Assembly (NCBI GenBank): GCA_051546255.1
Contig: CP128818.1
Coordinates: 372,001 to 436,000, forward strand
Reading direction: 5' to 3'
Length of the DNA stretch: 64,000 nt
From: Meyerozyma guilliermondii
Lineage: Eukaryota
The stretch's first letter is position 1. Each line of letters opens with the position of its first letter. The notes beneath the pieces were generated by a model that was given only the letters and a program-made list of their open reading frames with translations, made no database searches and was not told the DNA's origin. The position numbers and the translations under genes were made by a program. Positions 54,141 through 64,000 of the stretch are shown one piece after another.

Positions 54141-55709
54141 ATGAGTATGGAGCTTCCCAAAGACGAGGAGGAAATAGCGTTGGAGAAGCTCGTCTTCGGC
54201 GACGAAGAAGGGTTTGCTGCCAACCTTAGGAAAGTGGACAATTTGTACGATTACTCGTCATCCGAAAACGAAGAAGTTGGTTCTGACGAATTTCACAGTG
54301 ACGAAGAGATTGATTTAGACAACGTTCAGGACGAGGATTTGTTCTTTATTGACGACGGAACCACAGACAACGACCAAGAGATGGCAGAGCTGGATGCGGA
54401 GAGCACCGAAGAAACTTCGACCGACGAAGAAATCGATGCTGTTTGGCACGACAGTGACGACGAGAGAATCACCATAAATTTGACCAATTCTGACCGGCTC
54501 AAAAAGCTCAGAAAGAACCCGGACGACACCAGCATTAGTGCATCTTCGTATGTGAACCGACTCCGTGCTCAATTCGAAAAAATCTACCCTCGTCCGCGAT
54601 GGATCGAAGACTTGGAAAAGGCAGAAGACGATTCCGATGCCGAGGAACAAGCAGAAAAGACCAGCAATAACGACACAAATGCTATTTTACAAACGTTAGC
54701 ATCGACCCAGCAGTTCACCCAGACGAAACAACTCAAATTAATATCACCACACAAGATCCTGATCACAAGACTCAAGAACGCCAACCAAACCCATCCTTCC
54801 AGAGCCGCTATTCAGTCGCTAAACTTTCACAATTCGCACCCACTTCTTATTACGGGTGGTTTTGATCGCACGATCAGAATCTACCACATTGATGGAAGAA
54901 CCAATAATTTCGTCACCTCGTTGTACCTCAAAAACTCACCGATCACAACCTGTGCATTTTCCGGCGACGTAGTTTATGCTGCTGGAAGAAGACGGTACCT
55001 CAACAAGTGGAATATTACCACGGGTCAGGTGGAAAAGATCTCCAGAATGTACGGAAGAGAGCAGTTTCAACGGTCTATGGAATACTTTAAGGTATCTCCA
55101 TTGCGGACTTGGATTGGAATGGTGGGTAGTAGCGGATGGTGTAACTTGCTCAGCGGAGAAACTGGTCAGTGGGTACAAGGATACAAAATAGAAGGAACCA
55201 TAGTTGATTTTGAGTTCTCGCAAGACGAAAAATTTCTTGTGGTTGTCAACTCTGCCGGAACCATATGGGAATACGATTTACAACTGGGTAAAGTTATTCG
55301 CAAATGGGACGACGATGGAGCCATTGGAATCACCAAATTGAAACTAGGAGGTCCCAAGGACCGCTGGATGGCGGTTGGAAGCAACAATGGTATCGTGAAC
55401 TTGTATGACAGAAATACGTTTGCCAAGTCTTCTCCAAAACCATACAAGACAGTGGAAAATTTAGTCACTTCCATTTCATCGCTCGAGTTCTCTCCAGACG
55501 GCCAGGTCTTGTGTATAGCCCTGAGAGCCAAAAGAGATGCATTGCGGTTGGTCCATGTTGCTCAAGGAAGCGTATACGCCAACTGGCCTACAAGCGGAAC
55601 CCCACTAGGAAAAGTTACCGCCGCAACATTTTCTCCCGATAACCAAATGTTGGCTATAGGAAACGAGTCTGGAAAGGTTACGTTGTGGAGTTTGAATCAC
55701 TATGGATAA
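54141..55709 (+). CDS. UTP18: SSU processome WD40 protein
   Basis: LEKLVFGD, RLKKLR, RLRAQFEKIYPRP, DALRLVH, NWPTSGTPLGKV. First ATG at 54141. Confidence 0.96.
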   Translation: MSMELPKDEEEIALEKLVFGDEEGFAANLRKVDNLYDYSSSENEEVGSDEFHSDEEIDLDNVQDEDLFFIDDGTTDNDQEMAELDAESTEETSTDEEIDAVWHDSDDERITINLTNSDRLKKLRKNPDDTSISASSYVNRLRAQFEKIYPRPRWIEDLEKAEDDSDAEEQAEKTSNNDTNAILQTLASTQQFTQTKQLKLISPHKILITRLKNANQTHPSRAAIQSLNFHNSHPLLITGGFDRTIRIYHIDGRTNNFVTSLYLKNSPITTCAFSGDVVYAAGRRRYLNKWNITTGQVEKISRMYGREQFQRSMEYFKVSPLRTWIGMVGSSGWCNLLSGETGQWVQGYKIEGTIVDFEFSQDEKFLVVVNSAGTIWEYDLQLGKVIRKWDDDGAIGITKLKLGGPKDRWMAVGSNNGIVNLYDRNTFAKSSPKPYKTVENLVTSISSLEFSPDGQVLCIALRAKRDALRLVHVAQGSVYANWPTSGTPLGKVTAATFSPDNQMLAIGNESGKVTLWSLNHYG

Positions 55710-55826
55710 CGGCTAGGTATATATCAGAACTACAAGTACATTAAATTTGCAACCGATTGTGGTCTTTTGCATCCGTGCACCGGCTTTTCTATGAAGTTTC
55801 CTGCAGATTCAAATCTCATCTTAATC

Positions 55827-56138
55827 ATGCCAGTTATCGGAAAGCCGTAAGTATTATGAGTTCAAAAATCACTTCAAGAAGTCAACTAACCCAGAAAGGG
55901 CCATGCTCGGTACAGGGATCCCAAAACCTTTGAAATGAGTCCTGCCTTGGTGCGGGTTCGTGCTCCATATTTCTGGAGAAATACCTTGGCATTCATTGTC
56001 GTCGGTTCGATTCCCTTGGGTGTTTACGCTTATACATGGCTGTTTTTGAACAAGGATGAGTTTAGCGACATTCCTATTCCGCCTGTTTCGGACGAAGAGT
56101 TGGCGAAGTTGAAGAAGGAGTATGCAAATAAGAAGTAA
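55827..56138 (+). CDS. COA3: Cytochrome c oxidase assembly factor 3; exons 55827-55846 and 55895-56138 (87 aa)
   Basis: Spliced product [36 protein letters not shown]...[10 protein letters not shown]. Confidence 0.92.
55847..55894 (+). other. Spliceosomal intron, 48 nt (COA3)
   Basis: GTAAGT...AACTAACCCAG; in-frame TAA if retained. Confidence 0.88.
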
Positions 56139-56172
56139 GGGTCAATCTGTAAATAATAACTATATGTCGTTT

Positions 56173-57726
56173 CTACCTGTTGTAGTATTCGTCAGAGGTT
56201 CTTGGGAGAGCGTACGACTCGCGTATGGGGTATGGGGCTTCCCTTGGTTTCGGTTCCGGTTCCAGTTCCATTGGTTCCAGTTCCCTAGAATGCAAGTCAC
56301 TTTCCGATGTCTCTCCCAACAAAGAGCTTGTTTCTTCTGGTGGATATGGTGCTGTCCCCGTTCGAGTTATAGGCCCAGAAATAGACGGAGTGGAAGCTGG
56401 CGGTGCAACCGGGTCAGTATGGGTTTGTGATACTGGCTCAAAAGGTCCTGTTGTAGAAAATGTGAGCGAAGAAGCTGAACCAGTTCTGGGTGGTGGATCA
56501 AATCCATTATACCGTTTATGCATAGGTGGCTCGACTTCCACACCTCTATAGAGCTCGTATACGTTTTCTGTGTCGCTCATATCATTATCTTCAAGTTTAG
56601 GATCGCCGAAAGGATCCTGGTGCATCAAATGTGCTTTGCTCGAAATCTTGTTCTCGTCGCCAAATGGATCATATGGTGGTCTACGGCGTTGCATATTTGG
56701 CATGTTCTGGAGTGGTAACGATTCATAAGTGTTTTGTCTTGAGCCGTAGCGTGGAAGTGTGTCGTAAGAACGGTCCATTGGCTGGAAAGTTTTGGCTGGT
56801 TCGGGTTTGTACTGGAAAGCCGAGTCAAATGTGGCAGTGGTGGACGCTGAGTTGAGAAGAGGATTTTCATTGATTTCCTTTAAATCGAGAATACCTTCTT
56901 CAAGTAATTTGCTGCGTGGTTTGTGATGCTTGTAGACGAACCGGCGAACGTGCAGATTAACAACGGAACAGCAGTATTTTTTGAGTCTAGTGTGGCCCTT
57001 TTTGCGAATTTTCATCAAACATGGAATGTAGCAGAGCATCCCAAACACGAAACGAAAGAAGAAAATGGACCAAATGGCCACCGAAAGAAGCATAAACGAC
57101 AAGATCACCGAGAGCCGAATGTTAGATGTAGCGATCTGCTTGATATTTTGAATGATATCATTTGAAGAATTTTCGTTGGTAGCGTAGTAACGTAGGGTCA
57201 AGATATTGATTACTTGACGAGGAGTATCGGCGACGAGAATTTGCAAAGCTGAGTCCATCTCGAAGTATGCAAGAAAACATGCCCAATCAAAGAAATTGTC
57301 ATGTTCCACCAGGTTGAAAAGACAATGATAGTCGTAAGATTTAATCGTGTACAAGTGACGAGCAATATTGTTCACGTATGCCAATGCTATGTTTCGGGTC
57401 CTATAAGTATGGATGGCCCATATCCAGTGGTACAAGAGAAGCACAAACTGGAAAATAATACACCCGGTAAATATCCATTTGGCAATTGAGTATGCATAGG
57501 GTTTATAGTCGTCGGAACTCCAGCGGTGAAAAACAAGAATGTTGAGACAAGTGTAAATATCCACGCCTAGAAGTACCACACCAAGGATTAGAAGCAGCCA
57601 TGTGAACATATAATCAAACACAGTCGAGCATTTCAAATTGTGAAATTTTCCCACATCTATAAGGTCAAAAGTAGACAGATCAAGCGAGTATTTGTCTATC
57701 TCACGACGAGGATCAAAGTGCTCCAT
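56173..57726 (-). CDS. KCH1: Kch1/Prm6-family putative K+ transporter
   Basis: FDLIDVGKFH, VDIYTCLNILVFHRWS, IAKWIFTGCI, ADTPRQVINILTL; three to four hydrophobic segments and a disordered tail. Confidence 0.82.
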   Translation of the reverse strand: MEHFDPRREIDKYSLDLSTFDLIDVGKFHNLKCSTVFDYMFTWLLLILGVVLLGVDIYTCLNILVFHRWSSDDYKPYAYSIAKWIFTGCIIFQFVLLLYHWIWAIHTYRTRNIALAYVNNIARHLYTIKSYDYHCLFNLVEHDNFFDWACFLAYFEMDSALQILVADTPRQVINILTLRYYATNENSSNDIIQNIKQIATSNIRLSVILSFMLLSVAIWSIFFFRFVFGMLCYIPCLMKIRKKGHTRLKKYCCSVVNLHVRRFVYKHHKPRSKLLEEGILDLKEINENPLLNSASTTATFDSAFQYKPEPAKTFQPMDRSYDTLPRYGSRQNTYESLPLQNMPNMQRRRPPYDPFGDENKISSKAHLMHQDPFGDPKLEDNDMSDTENVYELYRGVEVEPPMHKRYNGFDPPPRTGSASSLTFSTTGPFEPVSQTHTDPVAPPASTPSISGPITRTGTAPYPPEETSSLLGETSESDLHSRELEPMELEPEPKPREAPYPIRESYALPRTSDEYYNR

Positions 57727-58236
57727 TGTCCACTTGGGGCCTACAAGGGAAACTTATGGGGTCTGGTAGTGCAGGGGGTGCCGGGAATGCAATATGTAGT
57801 AGTTTGGGATTGTTTCAGTGAATAATTTTCTTATGCAAAAAACCTTATCTCGGCGCGTGCTGAAACGTTCTCGACACCGCGCGGCTTGGTGCGGCTGTGC
57901 AGGTTTAGCGAAGAGAGATTGGGGTAGGGTTTTAGGCATGTTTGTCTAACTATTAGCTTGTGCGTAAGGCACAATGGTCTATTGTATGAATTGGTAAGTC
58001 TGGTGAGAATTTGTAATTAAATTTTGCAGTTGAAATTTGCAATTGAAAATTTTCAAGTTTTCAATTTTTCAGTCTGCATTGGTTTAGAGTTGACTTTCAG
58101 TAATTTTTAGATTTCTGTCCACTTTCTGTCCATTTCCGACATCTTCTGTCCACCTTGTATCAGCTTGACGAGATTGGTCACTTTGGACAAAACAACTGAA
58201 AATTTGACATTTTTAGTATTCTCCCCAGTTATCTCC

Positions 58237-60291
58237 TCACGAATACTTTTCCAACAACTTCGTAGCCTCCTCCTTGAGATCGTCCTGGTCGCCTTCGGCC
58301 AATTCCTTGAGTACGTTCAAACAAGCACTCTTTACTGGTGGACGATACATTACCAAAAATTGTAACGAAAGAAATCCAATCTTGGCTCTTCCGGGATCAT
58401 AGCACAATGATTTGATGCGTGAAACCATCTCGTCTGTAAGGTATGGCAAGTCTGAGAGTAATCTGATAAAGATCTTACGATCGCCTGGCTCGATAAATGA
58501 GATCATAGAGTCGAGAACCTTGGAACTCCATTTCTCATAGATTGGAGTTGGGGTGGTAAGAAAGTCAACTTCGATACGCATTTCTTCGGTAACAACTCCA
58601 TTATTTTCTTGTGCCATCTTCTGTAAAGCTTTACCTTCATTAAACACCTTCTCTGCGTACCACTCTTCACTTAACCATTCTATGACAATGTCGATTCGAG
58701 AGTGGATGTTGGCGAGGAAATAGTCAAATATAGCTTGCCTCACCATATCGGCAAGTTCTTGCTCTTTCTCAACATCTATTCCTTCGCCTGGAGCAGCACG
58801 CATTCCTCGAGTAGCCAACCTCGTGAGAAGCACGTACCACGAATCTTTCTTCCATGTCTTGATAGCTATCTGGGTGAGTTGTGCTCCGGTATCTTGTTTG
58901 TCATTCACCTCAGGAATCTTTTGATCTGCCAAACTGAAGAAATTCTGAATGATTAATGATAAATGCTCTTTTTTCTCAGCAAAATTTAGTGCTTGAGGTG
59001 GAGGAAGCGTAAAGACGGTATCAGAACTGAAATTTTCCATGTTGTCGTCTTCGTCGTCCAGCTCCAGTTTCTTAACTTCAGACCCTGTGGCTCTCTGGAG
59101 AGCAGACTTATATCGCAGGCAGACGATATCCAATCCCTTGGCCAACCGCTCAGGCAGTGCTTTGTTTAAAGCCGCTATAGTCATGGAGACAAGAATGTTG
59201 GGTGGGAGCGTTGTGAGGTCAAACGAGTTGAGTTCGTTATTAGGGTCGGTAAGGCAATACAAGCTTTTGTAGTCAAGATTCTGAAGACGTTTGGTTCCAT
59301 TTTCAAAGCCCTCGAATTTTCTTTTGGTGATGGAAGGATCTTCAATTGCCAAAATGTCCCTTCGGCGTACTTCATCTCCACGGGAAACAACCTGGGATAC
59401 CTTTTTGTTTGCCACTTGTTGGTAGTTGGGAGGCACAAGCTGATACTTGAGCGTGTGACTCAAAAAAATCCGTATGGACCGGTCGGTGTATTTTCTTGAA
59501 AGTTTGAATTCTTCCACTGATTCATAGTTGGACTGGTATTTAGAAGCCAGGTCAAAGTTTTCCACTGTTTTGAACACTCTCGTTATAAACTGGGGCTTTC
59601 GGTGAGCCACGAATGCAAGTTGGGTGAGAGTAGCCGTGACGACTGGTGTGACGAGGATATCCCACTCTAATACCTGGAGCACTTTTTCCAACAACTTGTG
59701 GGCTTCTGCCTCCAATTGTTGCGGTTTCATGAGGGTGTGATTAGGGTTTACTTTGGAGAGCGAAAAGAAGCCTGGTTGGGTGGGCGAGCGCAGCTGGTAG
59801 TCGATAACAAGCATGACGAATTTCAACAACTCCAAATTGATCTCGATATTGCGTCTCATATCGGCTTCATTTGTATCAGCAGCATCTAACGGCCATGTAG
59901 TCAAGTACTTTCCAGCAATATGAGCCTTCAACTGCTGTAGTTTTGCCCAGATTCCATTGCTCCCGTCATTATCGGCCACATATCTGTACACCAACCGGAA
60001 CACCACCACACTGGCATCGATGGTATTTTTCACCACTTCGTGGTCTGGGACCTGCATAAGCAACAGCAAAGTATCCACCGCATCGATAGCCAAGTCTATC
60101 TTGGCGGCAGGGTCCAATTTGTCGCTGGAAGCTCGAAAAGCGTCTTTGAAAAATTGTGAGCACCATCGTTGAATGGTCAAATCTGCGTTTCCAGCCAACG
60201 GAAAGACTTGCCGAAGCACCTGTGGAAACATCTCGCGGTTGGAAAACGCCAAGTTGCGCGCCTGCTCGAGCTGCCCCACTATATCTGCCAT
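58237..60291 (-). CDS. PTA1: CPF subunit Pta1 (symplekin-like)
   Basis: QLEQARNLA, WYVLLTRLATRG, IEWLSEEWY, DRKIFIRLLSDLP, LQFLVMYRPP. Confidence 0.92.
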   Translation of the reverse strand: MADIVGQLEQARNLAFSNREMFPQVLRQVFPLAGNADLTIQRWCSQFFKDAFRASSDKLDPAAKIDLAIDAVDTLLLLMQVPDHEVVKNTIDASVVVFRLVYRYVADNDGSNGIWAKLQQLKAHIAGKYLTTWPLDAADTNEADMRRNIEINLELLKFVMLVIDYQLRSPTQPGFFSLSKVNPNHTLMKPQQLEAEAHKLLEKVLQVLEWDILVTPVVTATLTQLAFVAHRKPQFITRVFKTVENFDLASKYQSNYESVEEFKLSRKYTDRSIRIFLSHTLKYQLVPPNYQQVANKKVSQVVSRGDEVRRRDILAIEDPSITKRKFEGFENGTKRLQNLDYKSLYCLTDPNNELNSFDLTTLPPNILVSMTIAALNKALPERLAKGLDIVCLRYKSALQRATGSEVKKLELDDEDDNMENFSSDTVFTLPPPQALNFAEKKEHLSLIIQNFFSLADQKIPEVNDKQDTGAQLTQIAIKTWKKDSWYVLLTRLATRGMRAAPGEGIDVEKEQELADMVRQAIFDYFLANIHSRIDIVIEWLSEEWYAEKVFNEGKALQKMAQENNGVVTEEMRIEVDFLTTPTPIYEKWSSKVLDSMISFIEPGDRKIFIRLLSDLPYLTDEMVSRIKSLCYDPGRAKIGFLSLQFLVMYRPPVKSACLNVLKELAEGDQDDLKEEATKLLEKYS

Positions 60292-60432
60292 TGGTGTTGT
60301 TTAGCTGAAGTGCTTTTGGGTTTAACCTGCGAAAATCGGCACACACACCAGTCCGGCACACAACTTCACCTTCCGGCACACAACTCCTTCATCAACCCTG
60401 TTTTCGCATCGCGCGGACCCCACAAGATAAGG

Positions 60433-63225
60433 ATGGATAACGGGTCGTCGACATTGTTGCTGTTCCCCAGCCTGCTGGAACCCCCAGGCTCGAATGTCTC
60501 CTCTCCTCCTCCAGCAGAAGTGCCAAGGTCAATCGAGGAGGACCTGTATGTTCGCGGCGCTTCGAAACGTTCATCTTCGTCGTCTAACGATTTGTTGTAT
60601 GAAAGAGATCGGTTTCGAGCCCGACTTCAAACCTTCAACGGTAGACAAAACGATAAAATGGATACTGAAGACAGTCCTGGTACCACAGAATCCTCGAAAA
60701 ATGGCGTTATTGACGAGGAAACTTCGCATTGTGATGTCTGCGATATCATTCAACTGAAAACCACAAGACTCCAAGTACGACAACCAACACCAGAATTTTC
60801 CAACGATAACATAAGCCCACTCAGCAGCGACCTGGTTTTCTTCAACAGTCTCTCGGAACTTCCTAGTTCTTTATCGTCGTCGTCGTTTCCGATGACTATA
60901 CGCTCACTCACCTACGCCCAGCTTTCGGCCGTTTTCAAGTACTATTTCAACCAGAATCTCCCACAAACCGAAAAGATGTTCCCGTGGCTCCACGGTATAC
61001 ACCCAGATAACTTTGCTCAGAAACGGTTCTTTTGTCGAGATACCAGCGACGAAACAGACCTGGGAAGCGAGCCGCCAGAGAGTAACGAACTCAACCCATC
61101 TTTGTCGCCAGACGCTACCACGGCTCCTCGGTTTCTTATGTGTGTTTCCCCCGTCGACAACCCAACGCTACTTCGAAACACAGTTCATGCACCGGAAATT
61201 CTTCATCCCATCGACGTTTCGCGTGCCGAAGTCGTCAGGTTCTTACAATATGTGCTTGAACTAGTTTTCCCAGGAAAAGATCAGGACCATATGCTAGAAA
61301 CAATCGTGGCAGACTGCTATGCTATCAAGCACTTGCCTGTGTTCCTAAATCTCGATCCTAGTCTGGGTGTTTCGCTTCGTAATTTCCACATCCAAGTTGC
61401 AAAACTCGCAGCTTGCAGCGATATGGTGATCTACTGCTTAGACAACGAACATTTGGGCTCGTGCAAGTGTGCAAGTCTCGCTCGTGTGTTGTGGTTAGCA
61501 CAGCGATATACCTTTGCCAAAGATGGCGCTTTGGACAAAATGCATTATAACACCTTCATCATGTCTGATCTCCCATTTTTGGAAAAGATCTTACTTCGCC
61601 AATCGTCGCCATACCACTCCACGCTATTCACGGTTCCACCTGAACCCAGAAACGATACCCGAAAAACTCTGTTGGAACTGAGGCTCTCGTCATTCAACCC
61701 CAAATCTTTAGCGGTGTGGGATCTGGATTTTGTCATGAAAGAGAAGGTGGAAACCACGCGAATGTCAGCAGCGCTGTGCATCGGTGGAAGAGTCTGGGCT
61801 GGTAACATGTGGGATTACCAAGCAATGATTATGCACCTACAATTTCGAAATGAAATGTCGATTGGAGATGGTTTTGGATGCTACTGTAGTCCTTCCAGCT
61901 CCATTGTGAACAAGGAAGATATCGCTAACCAAAGCATAACGAAAATTCTTCCTCCACCTCGTGCAAATTGGCGTCTTTTCATCCACTGTTGCAGCGATGC
62001 CAGTTTCCCCGACTTGGCGGTTCTTCGTCTGTTGATGTTCAAATTTAGTCTTTCAAGTCACAGGTCCACAGGTTCAGAGTACCACACGCTCGAATTCCCA
62101 CCAGCAGGCTCGGTAGGAATTGGAGACTGCAAGAAGGAAAACCTCATGTCCGTGGTCAATTGCTGCAAATTGCTTTACTTGTATTCTCTGTCAACTTCGG
62201 ACGACCCAGACGTAGTTTCGGCACTTATTTATTGCCTGGATGGATACACCGAGCTGTCACTTTTCGTGCTTTCTTATGTGATGTACTCGCGGAACGTCAG
62301 CCTTGACGAAGCCATGCTTCTTCTCCATAATGACTACCCGAGACCATTCTACATATTTTCCAGCGACGTCCACATTCTTCGAAAGCTAGAAGTGCTTCTT
62401 CGCCGAGTACTGCCTTTGGTCAAAAAAGTTGAATGGAGTACACTCGAAGTGTTTTCTGACCTAGAAATCACCGAAATATTGCTAGCTACAGGTTCACGGC
62501 CATCTCACTCAGTGGGTGCAAAACATTCGCTTGAGAGAAAAGCATCTTCGTTGTCTCTTCTTGAGGCAGATTGGGTTTCTGACGTCGATGGATCATTGCC
62601 GTCTCGAATTCTTCCGTACTTGTACTTGGGGTCGCTCAAGCACGCCAATAGCCTTGCCTTACTATCTAAGCTTGGAATCACCAAGGTTATATCTGTTGGA
62701 GAGCGACTTGAATGGCTCAACAGTCGTCATTTCCAGTCGACACATACCATTTCAGTGGAAGAAATTGACAATGGAAACATTGAAAAATTCACAATATCCG
62801 GCAACCCAAGTACAGTCGACACCATACTCAAGGTGAACAATCTCCAGGATGATGGTATAGACGAACTTAGTGCTTCACTTCCTCGTATGTTGGATTTCAT
62901 TGAAGCCGAGCACCAAAAGAGTAATGGAAAGGCGAAAATATTTGTCCATTGCAGAGTTGGTGTGAGCCGATCTGCCACTGTTGTGATGGCCGAAGTCATG
63001 CGAAGACTCAATGTGCTGCTTGCTAAAGCCTACCTCTACGTTCGAGTCCGGAGACTCAATATCATTATTCAGCCAAACCTACGGTTCATGTACGAATTGT
63101 TCAAGTGGGAAGAACAACAAAAATTTCTCAAAAAGAATAAGCTGGATCTTACGCTACGAGAAATCGACTGGTTTGTCTTCTGCCGCGAGGTTATGAACCT
63201 TAACGTCCCTTATCTACGCAAATAG
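60433..63225 (+). CDS. PPS1: Dual-specificity protein phosphatase
   Basis: MFPWLHGIHPDN, PSRILPYLYLGSLKHA, catalytic VHCRVGVSRSAT, VRVRRLNIIIQPN; upstream degenerate DSP domain (IYC(S)DGYTE). First ATG at 60433. Confidence 0.93.
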   Translation: MDNGSSTLLLFPSLLEPPGSNVSSPPPAEVPRSIEEDLYVRGASKRSSSSSNDLLYERDRFRARLQTFNGRQNDKMDTEDSPGTTESSKNGVIDEETSHCDVCDIIQLKTTRLQVRQPTPEFSNDNISPLSSDLVFFNSLSELPSSLSSSSFPMTIRSLTYAQLSAVFKYYFNQNLPQTEKMFPWLHGIHPDNFAQKRFFCRDTSDETDLGSEPPESNELNPSLSPDATTAPRFLMCVSPVDNPTLLRNTVHAPEILHPIDVSRAEVVRFLQYVLELVFPGKDQDHMLETIVADCYAIKHLPVFLNLDPSLGVSLRNFHIQVAKLAACSDMVIYCLDNEHLGSCKCASLARVLWLAQRYTFAKDGALDKMHYNTFIMSDLPFLEKILLRQSSPYHSTLFTVPPEPRNDTRKTLLELRLSSFNPKSLAVWDLDFVMKEKVETTRMSAALCIGGRVWAGNMWDYQAMIMHLQFRNEMSIGDGFGCYCSPSSSIVNKEDIANQSITKILPPPRANWRLFIHCCSDASFPDLAVLRLLMFKFSLSSHRSTGSEYHTLEFPPAGSVGIGDCKKENLMSVVNCCKLLYLYSLSTSDDPDVVSALIYCLDGYTELSLFVLSYVMYSRNVSLDEAMLLLHNDYPRPFYIFSSDVHILRKLEVLLRRVLPLVKKVEWSTLEVFSDLEITEILLATGSRPSHSVGAKHSLERKASSLSLLEADWVSDVDGSLPSRILPYLYLGSLKHANSLALLSKLGITKVISVGERLEWLNSRHFQSTHTISVEEIDNGNIEKFTISGNPSTVDTILKVNNLQDDGIDELSASLPRMLDFIEAEHQKSNGKAKIFVHCRVGVSRSATVVMAEVMRRLNVLLAKAYLYVRVRRLNIIIQPNLRFMYELFKWEEQQKFLKKNKLDLTLREIDWFVFCREVMNLNVPYLRK

Positions 63226-63349
63226 TTATAGAATACTACCCTTCATCTCGTTCCTGCACATGGGCTGCACCTGGTTCGTCAACGATTTGCGGACGTTGGC
63301 GATAATTTCTTTACACATTTGATCAATTTTTCCTCGCCATTCTACAGCC

Positions 63350-64000
63350 ATGGCAGACCGCCAAGCCTTATTTGATGATCCCTCCATCCTCCTGGTATCA
63401 TCCCTGGGTACTTCGGCTTCAAATCCCACCAATGAAGTCCTGAAAATTACCCCAGACATCGCTCAGCAACCCGAAGGTCGCAACGCATTGAGTCTTTTGC
63501 TCGATTCTGCCATTGCCAATGCTGCCAAGGAGTCCACGCCGGAACTCGAACCACGCACCAGCGGCTCTGCAAGAGGATCTCCGAAGGAAGTTGAAAAAAT
63601 CGAATCTCGGGGTGAAAATGAAAAGCAACTTCAGTCGAAAGGTGAAGAGTATACTGTTGACTACAAGAGCACCACAGCTTACAGCTACTCTATCAATGAA
63701 TTGATACTGTTACGGAACTCGGCAAACGTCAAGGAGATCCAAAAGGAACTTGATCTTCCTGAAAAAAGCTTTTGGGGACTGCGCCAAAAAACTCCTAAAG
63801 AAAAGGGTCCTGAAAGAAGAAAGAAAGGAGGTGCTGAGGGACTTCGCTGGGAAAAGAAACCCTCGGGCTTTGCTCGTGCAGCAGAACTTGATACTATGGG
63901 CCATGATAAGATTAATCAGCTACTTGGTGAGAACCCTGATGAGGCTGAGCCAGATTGGGGTACAGTTGACGGATCCAAAGACTCCCAAATAGACATGGGA
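63350..64000 (+). CDS. EAP1: eIF4E-associated protein, 5' part (continues past the right edge)
   Basis: Manual translation from ATG 63350 is open for 217 codons to the edge; canonical 4E-binding motif YSINELI (63686-63706) followed by LPEKSFW, as in yeast Eap1. Confidence 0.8.
   Translation, partial: MADRQALFDDPSILLVSSLGTSASNPTNEVLKITPDIAQQPEGRNALSLLLDSAIANAAKESTPELEPRTSGSARGSPKEVEKIESRGENEKQLQSKGEEYTVDYKSTTAYSYSINELILLRNSANVKEIQKELDLPEKSFWGLRQKTPKEKGPERRKKGGAEGLRWEKKPSGFARAAELDTMGHDKINQLLGENPDEAEPDWGTVDGSKDSQIDMG

Noticed and set aside
57994..58029. Intron-like GTAAGT...TTTTGCAG on the + strand between KCH1 and PTA1
   Set aside because: No CTAAC branch site, and splicing gives an immediate stop.
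1..64000. tRNA, rRNA, LTR or transposon, CRISPR, horizontally acquired island
   Set aside because: By eye I saw no cloverleaf or A/B-box pattern, no gag/pol or transposase ORF, no repeat-spacer array and no bacterial-like gene. tRNAscan-SE and RepeatMasker would confirm.

Overview
Gene-dense segment of a budding-yeast chromosome from the CUG-Ser (CTG) clade. Invariant Ser positions in PBS2, ISW1, VPH1 and an NRG-type zinc finger are encoded by CTG, so the supplied ORF track mistranslates them as Leu. The compactness would fit Meyerozyma or a relative, but I cannot confirm the species. I support 32 protein-coding genes: an unknown partial gene at the left edge, ISW1, a GPX, MDM34, CHS7, RGD1, SHG1, a divergent cullin, QCR10, ACP1, MRPS12, ARC35, PBS2, a YTP1-family gene, REV3, PIS1, APC5, RIX1, VPH1, a stand-alone U-box protein, ELP1, RAD59, USO1, an NRG-type repressor, a cysteine synthase, LOS1, UTP18, COA3, a KCH-family gene, PTA1, PPS1 and a partial EAP1. 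Four genes carry short 5' introns (41-83 nt) that the ORF track misses. I saw no tRNA, rRNA, transposon or CRISPR array. I did not find a convincing new multi-gene system; this is mostly core housekeeping DNA. The best leads are a TPR-less CHIP-like U-box protein, a CUL4-like cullin, a GPX lacking the resolving Cys, the ultra-short intron architecture, and several structured promoter motif clusters. Gene names come from recognising family motifs by eye; no database searches were run.
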